Below, in pieces: positions 9,995 to 18,446 of a DNA stretch of 62,201 nt (its first letter is position 1; every line of letters starts with the position of its first letter). The notes beneath the pieces were generated by a model, which saw only the letters and a list, made by a program, of their open reading frames with translations, made no database searches and was not told where the DNA came from. The position numbers were made by a program, and so were the translations under genes. Location of the stretch: the sequence record SRR31156797_5248. One strand, 5' to 3'.

Positions 9995-10002
9995 CAGATA
10001 AT

Positions 10003-10587
10003 CTATTTCTCATACCGATAATGCCCTATAATCTTAAAATCAAACAAGCAATCTTCCAAAACCTGACCTGCCCCTATGTTGTGAATGATTAGGTAACGCT
10101 TTCCATCTCGGGATTTTTTATTGGACACAATGCCAATATGGGTTACAGCACCTCCCAGATTCCAGCATACAATATCACCGGGTAAATAATCATTGGGATC
10201 ATTGGTTACATTTAGCACCTTCCCAAAACGCTCAAAAAACTTCATTTGGTTCGGCACACGTCGGTGATCAATGTTTTTGTCAGTGCGGGTTAACCCCCAT
10301 TTGTTTGGGTATATGGAAAAATTGGCCGTCATGTCTTCGTGTATAAGCTTTTGAAGATCCACACCGAACATGCGATAGGCGCGAATCACCACATCTGTGC
10401 AAACACCTTTATGTGCAGGTACATCACCATTGGGATAAGCTATGCTAAAATATGACGGATCATAGACAACCTTATCGTTGGTTAATGTTAATGCTGAATC
10501 AGCCAACCGATCATAAAAAGTAGCTTGTCCAATCGCAGAAAAAGCAAATGAAACTAGCAATAATATATAAATGAACCTTCTAATCAT
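10003..10587 (-). CDS. DUF1287 (YijF-like) protein, papain-like Cys/His fold
   Basis: YDPSYFSIAYPNGDVP, GVCTDVVIRA, DKNIDHRRVPN, HIGIVS, HNIGAG. Confidence 0.9.
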   Translation of the reverse strand: MIRRFIYILLLVSFAFSAIGQATFYDRLADSALTLTNDKVVYDPSYFSIAYPNGDVPAHKGVCTDVVIRAYRMFGVDLQKLIHEDMTANFSIYPNKWGLTRTDKNIDHRRVPNQMKFFERFGKVLNVTNDPNDYLPGDIVCWNLGGAVTHIGIVSNKKSRDGKRYLIIHNIGAGQVLEDCLFDFKIIGHYRYEK

Positions 10588-10710
10588 TTTCCAATATTTG
10601 TAAAACCATAAGTTTAAAAACGTATTTTTTAGTCAAACAGACAATTTATTAAATCAAAGTTAATTGCATTGGTCTTAAAAATGTAATTTTACTTAGAAAT
10701 TAATATTGCA

Positions 10711-11658
10711 ATGGTATTAAAATTAGCCCTCACCTTATCAGTAATTTTACAATTTGCAACAGCAATTGTAGCATTAAGCCTGATAAAAAAAACCCGCACA
10801 AATATAGCGTGGTGGCTTATTTCTATTGGGTTCCTTTTAATGGCATTTCGCAGGTTGTTTGAACTTTACCAGGTTTACGACACCGAAAATTTTTTCATTA
10901 ACGACCTAACCAACAGCTGGATTGGAGTTTTCATTTCCATTGTAATGCTTTTGAGCCTAAGTTTTATTCGTCGTATTTTCAATATCCAAAAAAGATTAGA
11001 TGAACTAAAAAAAGCCAATGAGGCAAAAGTATTTTCTGCCATTGTAAAGACTGAAGAGAAACAAAAACAACAATTTTCTAAAGAATTACACGATGGACTG
11101 GGACCGTTGCTCGCTTCTGTTAAGATGTCGCTTTCTGCAATGAACCACAGAAAATCAGAAACAATTAACTCCACTATTTTAAAAAACGCTGAACACCAGA
11201 TTGATGAATCAATACGAACCGTCAAGGAGATTTCTAACAGTTTAAGTCCACACGTATTAAATAATTTTGGCTTGCAAAAAGCAATAAAATCATTTATTGG
11301 AAACTTGCAATACATTGATAAACCTACAATCTCTTTCAATCACAATATTCAAGATAAACGGTTTCCCTACAACATTGAAGTTGTTGCATACAGAGTTGTT
11401 TGCGAACTTTTTTTCAACACCTTAAAGCACGCGGAAGCGCAAAATATTTATCTGGATATTTTTTATGATGAACACATACTTTCTATCAAATATATGGACG
11501 ACGGTAAAGGGTTTGAAACAAATGATGAAAATCGTGAAACGTATGGTATGGGACTTACAAACATTCAATCGCGTGTGAAATCAGTCAATGGGTCTGTACA
11601 AATATTTTCTGCGCCGGATCAGGGCTTCAATTTACATATTGTTGTCAATGTAAACTAA
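10711..11658 (+). CDS. Membrane sensor histidine kinase (HisKA_3 / NarX-DegS type), three TM helices, no extracellular domain
   Basis: H-box KELHDGLGP; N-box ELFFNTLKHA; DDGKGF; GMGLTNIQSRV. Confidence 0.92.
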   Translation: MVLKLALTLSVILQFATAIVALSLIKKTRTNIAWWLISIGFLLMAFRRLFELYQVYDTENFFINDLTNSWIGVFISIVMLLSLSFIRRIFNIQKRLDELKKANEAKVFSAIVKTEEKQKQQFSKELHDGLGPLLASVKMSLSAMNHRKSETINSTILKNAEHQIDESIRTVKEISNSLSPHVLNNFGLQKAIKSFIGNLQYIDKPTISFNHNIQDKRFPYNIEVVAYRVVCELFFNTLKHAEAQNIYLDIFYDEHILSIKYMDDGKGFETNDENRETYGMGLTNIQSRVKSVNGSVQIFSAPDQGFNLHIVVNVN

Positions 11659-11660
11659 TT

Positions 11661-12302
11661 ATGGAACAATTAACAATTATTTTGGTAGACGATCATCAAT
11701 TGTTTCGCGAAGGACTTAAAAGCCTTCTTGAAAGTTTTAACTATGTTAAAAAAGTGGAAGAGGCTCCAAACGGGAAAGCTTTTATACAAATGCTTGAAAC
11801 CATTCAACCTGATATAGTTTTTATGGACATTGAAATGCCTGAGATGGATGGCATTACCGCCACTCAAAAAGCCCTCAATAATTACCCTTCACTAAACGTT
11901 ATTGCGTTATCGATGTACGGCAACGAAAACTACTACACACAAATGATTAATGCCGGAGCCAAAGGTTTTATACTTAAAAACTCCGGAATACAGGATGTGG
12001 AAAATGCCATTCAAAATATAATGTCGGGCAATAATTACTTTTCGCAAGAAATCTTCCAAAGATTGATACAAGGTCTGGGACGCAAACAGCAAAAAAAGGA
12101 AAATACGGAACTCTCAACCCGCGAAGAAGAAATTGTTTACTTAATATGCAAAGGTTTATCAAACCAGGAAATTGCGGATAAACTATACCTTAGTAAGCGA
12201 ACCGTAGATAAGCATCGAGAGAATATTCTGCATAAAACCCAATCAAAAAACACTGCCGGAATTGTAATGTATGCCGTTAAAAATGGAATTGTTGAGGTGT
12301 AA
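11661..12302 (+). CDS. NarL/LuxR-family response regulator
   Basis: REC motifs VDDH, FMDIEMP, GAKGFILK; LuxR HTH LSTREEEI...GLSNQEIADKLYLSKRTVDKHR. Confidence 0.95.
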   Translation: MEQLTIILVDDHQLFREGLKSLLESFNYVKKVEEAPNGKAFIQMLETIQPDIVFMDIEMPEMDGITATQKALNNYPSLNVIALSMYGNENYYTQMINAGAKGFILKNSGIQDVENAIQNIMSGNNYFSQEIFQRLIQGLGRKQQKKENTELSTREEEIVYLICKGLSNQEIADKLYLSKRTVDKHRENILHKTQSKNTAGIVMYAVKNGIVEV

Positions 12303-12370
12303 ATATCCATTCAACAGTTGACTACCATACTCCTGGCAAAAAATTCCCATTCCACAATTCACAATCATAC

Positions 12371-12421
12371 CATACGCTTTTACACGTATGAATAAGCAAT
12401 TAAGCGTATTTTGAAATTACG
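12371..12421. promoter_or_regulatory. Candidate response-regulator boxes (TACG-N8-CGTA, NarL-like 7-2-7)
   Basis: CATACGcttttacaCGTATG at 12371-12390, TAAGcaattaagCGTA at 12393-12408, and a half-site TACG at 12418-12421. Confidence 0.5.
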
Positions 12422-12455
12422 TTTTTAGGCTGTTTTACAGGCAATTGCCCTCACC

Positions 12456-12463
12456 TACATTTG
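12456..12463 (+). promoter_or_regulatory. -7 promoter element of the porin-pst operon
   Basis: TACATTTG, 28 nt before the ATG at 12492. Confidence 0.65.
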
Positions 12464-12491
12464 CATCAGAACCTTTTTAAACTGATGTATA

Positions 12492-13766
12492 ATGAACTTC
12501 TGTAAAACAATCACTCTATTTCTTGGCATATGGGTTTTATTCCCTTCATTTTCATACTCACAATTTCAAATTGATGCCCAATTCAGACCTCGCTTTGAAT
12601 TACGAGATGGTTACCGTGAATTGGTTGCTGATAATAATACACCTCCAGCATTGATTTCTCAACGCACTCGATTAAAACTAAGTTACAATACCGACAATCT
12701 AAAAATCGTTTTTTCGCCACAGGATGTCCGTGTTTGGGGCGATGAAAATCTGAGCAGCTCAACCGGTGTGTACGGCGACGAATCTTCGCTTGCACTTTTC
12801 GAAGGCTATGCTGCCATTAAACTGGATAATATCGGGTGGATTTCAATTGGCAGGCAGCAACTAGTTTATGACAATCAACGACTTTTAGCTGCCCGCAACT
12901 GGAACCAGAATGGGTTGGCCTATGATGCTGTTGTTTTCAAAAAAGAGTGGGATAATTTGAAAATTCATGCTGGTGGATCATGGAACAACACATTAGAAGC
13001 AACTTCAAATAATTACTACTTACCAAGCCGTATAAAAACATTAAATTTTGTGTGGCTGCAACATCAGCTCACCAACGAATTTCAAATATCCATACTCCAT
13101 ATTGCAAGTGGTAAAACCCGAACTGACACTACAAACCGAATCTATTTCAGGCAAACAAGTGGGTTTTACAGTGAATACACAAATAACAGGATAAAAAGTA
13201 AAGCAAACTTGTACTACCAATACGGGATCAACACTGAAAAGCAAGATATTAGTGCGTTACTCTGCGACATCGATATAATGTTTCAAACAGGAAAAGTTAA
13301 CCCGGGTATTGGATTCAGCTATTTATCGGGTGATAAAAACGTCTCCAACAATCAGGATAACCTGTTTGATTTATTATATGGAGCTCGTCATCGGTTTGGT
13401 GGACACATGGACTATTTCCGAAACTATGCCAACCAAACTAAAAATGGAGGGTTAGTTGACGGATATGCTTATTTCGACATAAAAATAACTGACAAACTAA
13501 AAATCACAAACACGGTTCATTACTTCTGGTTAGCGCAAACAAATTCAAGTACGCCTGACAACAAAAAACTTGGTTTCGAAAATGAGTTACTATGTCAATA
13601 TAAGTTCAACCAATGGGGTAGCTTCAAAACAGGATATCTGATGTTTGTAGCTACCGACAATATGCGACAATTACAAAGTGCCGCCAATGCAAGCAACTAT
13701 CAACAATACTTTTTTATCGAACTCAATATTGCCCCAACATTATTCCATCATAAACCACAAAATTAA
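12492..13766 (+). CDS. Alginate-export-family outer membrane porin
   Basis: Signal peptide; FRPRFELRDGY, SQRTRL, QDVRVWG, IGRQQLVYDNQRL, YGARHRFGGHMDYF. Confidence 0.85.
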   Translation: MNFCKTITLFLGIWVLFPSFSYSQFQIDAQFRPRFELRDGYRELVADNNTPPALISQRTRLKLSYNTDNLKIVFSPQDVRVWGDENLSSSTGVYGDESSLALFEGYAAIKLDNIGWISIGRQQLVYDNQRLLAARNWNQNGLAYDAVVFKKEWDNLKIHAGGSWNNTLEATSNNYYLPSRIKTLNFVWLQHQLTNEFQISILHIASGKTRTDTTNRIYFRQTSGFYSEYTNNRIKSKANLYYQYGINTEKQDISALLCDIDIMFQTGKVNPGIGFSYLSGDKNVSNNQDNLFDLLYGARHRFGGHMDYFRNYANQTKNGGLVDGYAYFDIKITDKLKITNTVHYFWLAQTNSSTPDNKKLGFENELLCQYKFNQWGSFKTGYLMFVATDNMRQLQSAANASNYQQYFFIELNIAPTLFHHKPQN

Positions 13767-13771
13767 ATCAC

Positions 13772-14713
13772 ATGAAAAATACTGCAATTACACTACTCAT
13801 ACTGGCTGTACTATTAATATCCGGCTGTGTATCAAAAAAACAAAAAGATAATACCCTCAACTTTTCAGGGGCATTTGCCCTCTACCCATTAAACATTAAG
13901 TGGGCAGAAGAATATAAAAAAAATCATGATGATGTACGTTTTAATATATCAGGAGGTGGCGCCGGAAAAGGCATGGCTGATGCATTAGCCGGAACTGTGG
14001 ATATGGGAATGTTTTCGAGAGAAATAACACAGGCAGAAAAAGATAAAGGTGTATGGTGGGTCGGACTTTGCAAAGATGCTGTAATTCCGACAATTAGCAT
14101 AGAAAATCCATATTTGAGTGAACTTAAAAAACGTGGAATTACCAGAGAAGAGTTTCGCAAAATCTTTATTAATAACAGTATTAAAACATGGAAAGAAATC
14201 ATACCTGCTGCCCCAAATGAAGCTATCACGGTTTACACCCGTTCTGATGCTTGCGGAGCTGCAGGAACATGGGCCAAATACCTTGGCGGAACACAAGAAA
14301 ACCTAAAAGGAGTTGGTATTCATGGTGATCCGGCTTTAGCTCAAGCTGTATCACAAGACAAATTCGGAATTGGTTTCAACAACACTGTTTATATCTACGA
14401 TATTAAAACCAATAAAAAAAGACCCGGAATGGAGATAATACCCATCGATCAAAATGAAAATGGAACAATTGATCCGGAAGAAGAATTCTATGATACATTT
14501 GAAAATGTACTTGCAGCCATTTCTAACGGGGCCTATCCGTCACCGCCTGCACGAGAACTCTATTTTGTATCCAAAGGCAAACCCGAAAAGAAAGCCACGC
14601 TCGACTATCTCAGATGGACACTAACCGAAGGGCAAAAATTTGTAAAAGAAGCCGGTTATGTGCCTATATCAAACGAGAAACTAGATAGTTACATTAAAAA
14701 ATTGCAACAATAA
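13772..14713 (+). CDS. pstS: Phosphate ABC transporter substrate-binding lipoprotein
   Basis: Lipobox ISGC; SGAFALYP, GGGAGKGM, TRSDACGAA, YPSPPARELY; upstream of pstCAB. Confidence 0.9.
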   Translation: MKNTAITLLILAVLLISGCVSKKQKDNTLNFSGAFALYPLNIKWAEEYKKNHDDVRFNISGGGAGKGMADALAGTVDMGMFSREITQAEKDKGVWWVGLCKDAVIPTISIENPYLSELKKRGITREEFRKIFINNSIKTWKEIIPAAPNEAITVYTRSDACGAAGTWAKYLGGTQENLKGVGIHGDPALAQAVSQDKFGIGFNNTVYIYDIKTNKKRPGMEIIPIDQNENGTIDPEEEFYDTFENVLAAISNGAYPSPPARELYFVSKGKPEKKATLDYLRWTLTEGQKFVKEAGYVPISNEKLDSYIKKLQQ

Positions 14714-15600
14714 TGCATTTAAAAAGGTACATAACAGATCGAATAAATAATATCTGGATGGTAATCACCTTGTCTATCATTCTAATATTACCTTTAATTA
14801 TGGGAATTGCATTATATACCAAATCAATTCCCATATTTGAAGCACAGTCTTTATCAAGCTTACTAGGCTCATCTGATTGGTCTCCTACTGAGGGGAAATT
14901 CGGATTTTGGCCATTCATCTTCAGCTCATTGTATGTTACGCTATTATCTTTCCTTTTAGCAGCTCCACTTTGTCTGTTCGCCGCAATTTACTTAACTCAA
15001 TTTGCTTCACGTCGCCTGATCCATTTTATGCATCCGGTAATTGACATTCTGGCCGGAATACCATCTGTAGTTTATGGAATGTGGGGGATTTTGGTAATTG
15101 TTCCGTTTGTTAGTGAAGTATTAGCTCCTGTTTTTAACATAGAAACTTCAGGATATTCAATTCTCGCTGGTGGTATTGTACTCGCTGTAATGTGTATTCC
15201 ATATATGCTCAACATGCTGCTGGAATCATTTAACGCAGTACCCACCGGACTTAAAGAAGCTGCGCTGTCGCTGGGTGCAACGCGGTGGGAAACTGTAAAA
15301 CATGTAATTGTAAGGAAAGGCTTTCCGGGTATTATTTCATCTTTCGGACTAGGTTTAGCCAAAGCATTTGGCGAAACACTTGCCGTGATGATGGTGGTTG
15401 GAAATATGGTTCAAATATCAGGCAACCCATTCAAAGCAGGATATCCATTACCAGCATTAATTGCCAACAATTACGGTGAAATGATGTCAATTCCTTTGTA
15501 CGATTCTGCACTTATGTTTGCCGCACTGATATTACTTATTGTTATACTGGGAATCAACATATTTTTTAGGTATTTCATCTACAAATCTCAAAAAACATGA
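14713..15600 (+). CDS. pstC: Phosphate ABC transporter permease
   Basis: LAGIPSVVYGMWG, EAALSLGATRWET, AFGETLAVMMV; TAATG coupling with pstS. Confidence 0.93.
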   Translation: MHLKRYITDRINNIWMVITLSIILILPLIMGIALYTKSIPIFEAQSLSSLLGSSDWSPTEGKFGFWPFIFSSLYVTLLSFLLAAPLCLFAAIYLTQFASRRLIHFMHPVIDILAGIPSVVYGMWGILVIVPFVSEVLAPVFNIETSGYSILAGGIVLAVMCIPYMLNMLLESFNAVPTGLKEAALSLGATRWETVKHVIVRKGFPGIISSFGLGLAKAFGETLAVMMVVGNMVQISGNPFKAGYPLPALIANNYGEMMSIPLYDSALMFAALILLIVILGINIFFRYFIYKSQKT

Positions 15601-16451
15601 ATAAGCAAAAACATATAGAAGAAAAGGTTTTTATATTTTTGACAGGAGCTGCCACATACTCGCTAATTGCCATTCTTGGGTATATTATTGCTATAATTTT
15701 CATAAATGGATTCAGCTCACTTTCAATTGATATGGTCACTAAAACACCTACCGGTGGATATTACTATGGCGGCGAAGGAGGTGTGCTTAATGCTATTATG
15801 GGCTCACTATACATTGCACTGGGAGCTACTCTAATTGCCATTATAATTGGAATACCAGCCGCACTTTTCATTAATGTACACCTTATTCGCTATAAACGTA
15901 CACAAAACACTATCCGCTATATTCTTGATGCACTTTGGGGTATTCCATCTATAGTTTATGGAGCTTTTGGATTTGCATTGATGCTCTATTTAGGAATGAA
16001 TGCATCACTTCTGGCAGGCATCATAACTGTGTCGTTACTCATTACACCCATCATTATTCGCACTTTCGATGAAGTATTAATTACGGTGCCTAAAGGCCTA
16101 CATGAAGCATCGCTGGCTATGGGGTCAACAAAAACAGAAACGGCATTCAAAATATTATTCAGACAAGGATTTTCTGGATTCATTACGGCTGTATTATTGG
16201 CATTTGGCCGTGGTATTGGTGATGCTGCTTCTGTTTTGTTTACCGCAGGATATACAGATCTTGTTCCAAAATTTCTGGATGAACCAGCCGCTACACTACC
16301 TCTGGCAATTTTTTTTCAACTTACATCTCCCATTCCTGAGGTAAGAGAAAGAGCATACGCAGCTGCAGCTATTCTTACAATTATCATATTGATTATAAGC
16401 ATTTCTGCAAGAGTTTTATCGAGAAATTATTCAAAAACAAACCTAAAATAG
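15597..16451 (+). CDS. pstA: Phosphate ABC transporter permease
   Basis: GVLNAIMGS, GIPSIVYGAFG, EASLAMGSTK, GRGIGDAA; ATGA overlap with pstC. Confidence 0.93.
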   Translation: MNKQKHIEEKVFIFLTGAATYSLIAILGYIIAIIFINGFSSLSIDMVTKTPTGGYYYGGEGGVLNAIMGSLYIALGATLIAIIIGIPAALFINVHLIRYKRTQNTIRYILDALWGIPSIVYGAFGFALMLYLGMNASLLAGIITVSLLITPIIIRTFDEVLITVPKGLHEASLAMGSTKTETAFKILFRQGFSGFITAVLLAFGRGIGDAASVLFTAGYTDLVPKFLDEPAATLPLAIFFQLTSPIPEVRERAYAAAAILTIIILIISISARVLSRNYSKTNLK

Positions 16452-16458
16452 TACAATC

Positions 16459-17280
16459 ATGAACGCACAAAACATTCACCAAATGAGCACACAGGAAATA
16501 CATCCCCAACAATTTAACGTGAAAAAGCAAGTCTCAATCCTTGAAATAAAAAACCTAAATGTTTATGCCGAAAAACAACACATACTCAAAGATGTCAATT
16601 TGAGTATTCCTAAAAATAAAGTTACCGTGCTGCTTGGCCCTTCGGGCTGCGGCAAAACAACCCTGCTTAAATCACTGAACAAACTCACAGATCTTTATAA
16701 AGAGTTGCATGTATCAGGTCAAATTTTTATAGAAGGTGATGATATTTTAAACACCAATAAAAATGTACCATTGATAAGACAAAAAATGGGATTGCTCTCA
16801 CAAAAACCCTTTCCACTGCCAGTATCTATTTATAAAAACGTTGCTTATGGTATTAAGCTAAAAGGGGTTAAAAATAAATCGCTGATTGATTATAATGTGG
16901 AAAAAAAACTCCGCGAAGTAGGATTATGGGACGAAGTAAAAGACCGATTACACAAATCAGCTGACAGTCTCTCAATTGGCCAGCAACAAAGACTTTGCCT
17001 TGCGCGCGGACTGGCGGTTAAGCCCCGTATTATTCTGGTCGATGAACCTACGTCTGCACTCGATCCTGTATCAAGCAAAATTATTGAGAACCTGTTTCGT
17101 GAGCTTAAAAAGCACTATACAATTATTCTTGTAACACACATCTTAAGACAAGCCCAACGCCTTGCCGACAATGTGGTTTTTATGCAATACGGAAGAATAA
17201 TTGAGCAGGGAAGCCCTGAAAAATTATTTAAGAGTCCTCAAAGTATACAATTAAGAGAATATTTAGTTGAAGGAAATTAA
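16459..17280 (+). CDS. pstB: Phosphate ABC transporter ATP-binding protein
   Basis: Walker A GPSGCGKT, QKPFP, LSIGQQQRLC, DEPTSALDP. Confidence 0.93.
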   Translation: MNAQNIHQMSTQEIHPQQFNVKKQVSILEIKNLNVYAEKQHILKDVNLSIPKNKVTVLLGPSGCGKTTLLKSLNKLTDLYKELHVSGQIFIEGDDILNTNKNVPLIRQKMGLLSQKPFPLPVSIYKNVAYGIKLKGVKNKSLIDYNVEKKLREVGLWDEVKDRLHKSADSLSIGQQQRLCLARGLAVKPRIILVDEPTSALDPVSSKIIENLFRELKKHYTIILVTHILRQAQRLADNVVFMQYGRIIEQGSPEKLFKSPQSIQLREYLVEGN

Positions 17281-17295
17281 TATAAAATTAGTTAT

Positions 17296-17724
17296 TTATT
17301 CACCCTTTGCTTTTAGTTGTGCTTCCAACTCTTTTATGCGTTTTGTTTTCATTTTATTGTCAATAGAACTAATCACAGTACCAACAACAAACCCTACACC
17401 CATCAAAATATACGCACCATTTATATGAAATATCACCATATAAGCTCCAACTAATACGGCAACAGTCGAAAAGAAAAATAATATAGCAATTAATGATTTC
17501 TTTAATGACTTAGGTTCCTTATTCTTATCTCCGCATTGGGCTTCGAGGGTTTTAATTCGTCTAGTTTCAAAATAACTATAAACAATGCTAATAATCGAGC
17601 CAACTATAAATCCAGATGCTAAAAGTATCATCGCTCCCTCGAAATGCATAATCTTCATTAAAGCTCCAAGCAAAACTGCTGTAGCAGACAGTCCATATAA
17701 AATACTAAAAACTGATTTTTTCAT
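17296..17724 (-). CDS. Four-TM protein made of two tandem GldL/PorL N-terminal-like helical hairpins
   Basis: Repeat 1 YGLSATAVLLGALMKIMHFEGAMILL...RIKTLEAQ; repeat 2 FFFSTVAVLVGAYMVIFHINGAYILM...RIKELEAQ. Confidence 0.7.
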   Translation of the reverse strand: MKKSVFSILYGLSATAVLLGALMKIMHFEGAMILLASGFIVGSIISIVYSYFETRRIKTLEAQCGDKNKEPKSLKKSLIAILFFFSTVAVLVGAYMVIFHINGAYILMGVGFVVGTVISSIDNKMKTKRIKELEAQLKAKGE

Positions 17725-17732
17725 AAAATATT

Positions 17733-18350
17733 CTAAAATTTTAAATGCATGGTTTGATGCTCATTCTCAGAAACAACCATTGAATTCTTTGAGACAGTAT
17801 CATAAAGTACCATCCTTGTATCTTTTAGTTTCACATCTAAAGAATCTGTATTAATAAAAACCCATTTTCTCGATATGCTAATCCTAAATGCTTCAAGTTT
17901 TATTGGTCTTTTATCATATAAAAGTACTAAAGAAGAGTCATTTATGGTAATTAGCGAAATTGAATCAAATACATATTTATGTGAATTCCATTTCGCCAAA
18001 GTTGAATCAATTAAAGGTTTATAAACTAAGTCCAAAAAAGGTCCGTTTAAATAATCGATGGAGCTTTTATCTTTAAGTTTGAAAATTGAAGTATCTATAT
18101 CCACTTCCATCTCGCGTTTTACTTCAATTTTTTCAAGATCATTTATATTAAGAGGTAATTCATCCTCAAGAAAAAGATTTATTGCAACTAATGAAAGTAA
18201 ACTCATTTCGGCGCTGTCAACATTTAGTTGATTATTCAAGAAATCTTCAGCACCATCTAATGCTTTAAATACACGATTAGAAGTATTCAATATTGAGCAG
18301 CTGCTTAAAGTCAATAAACCTATTATGACAATAATAATTCTTGTGGGCAT
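17733..18350 (-). CDS. Hypothetical lipoprotein
   Basis: Lipobox LSSC; likely ATG at 18350; TAATTTTG -7 element at 18421-18428. Confidence 0.6.
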   Translation of the reverse strand: MPTRIIIVIIGLLTLSSCSILNTSNRVFKALDGAEDFLNNQLNVDSAEMSLLSLVAINLFLEDELPLNINDLEKIEVKREMEVDIDTSIFKLKDKSSIDYLNGPFLDLVYKPLIDSTLAKWNSHKYVFDSISLITINDSSLVLLYDKRPIKLEAFRISISRKWVFINTDSLDVKLKDTRMVLYDTVSKNSMVVSENEHQTMHLKF

Positions 18351-18446
18351 TGCTTTATTTAACAAATAAAAACCTTGTATTAATTAATAATTTATGTTTG
18401 GTCACTTTCGGAATTGATCTCAAAATTAGTGTTTTATAATAAAAGA

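Noticed and set aside
16960-16995. Non-canonical ABC signature LSIGQ in PstB as a sign of inactivation
   Set aside because: Walker A/B, D-loop and H-loop are intact and the operon is complete; more likely a natural variant
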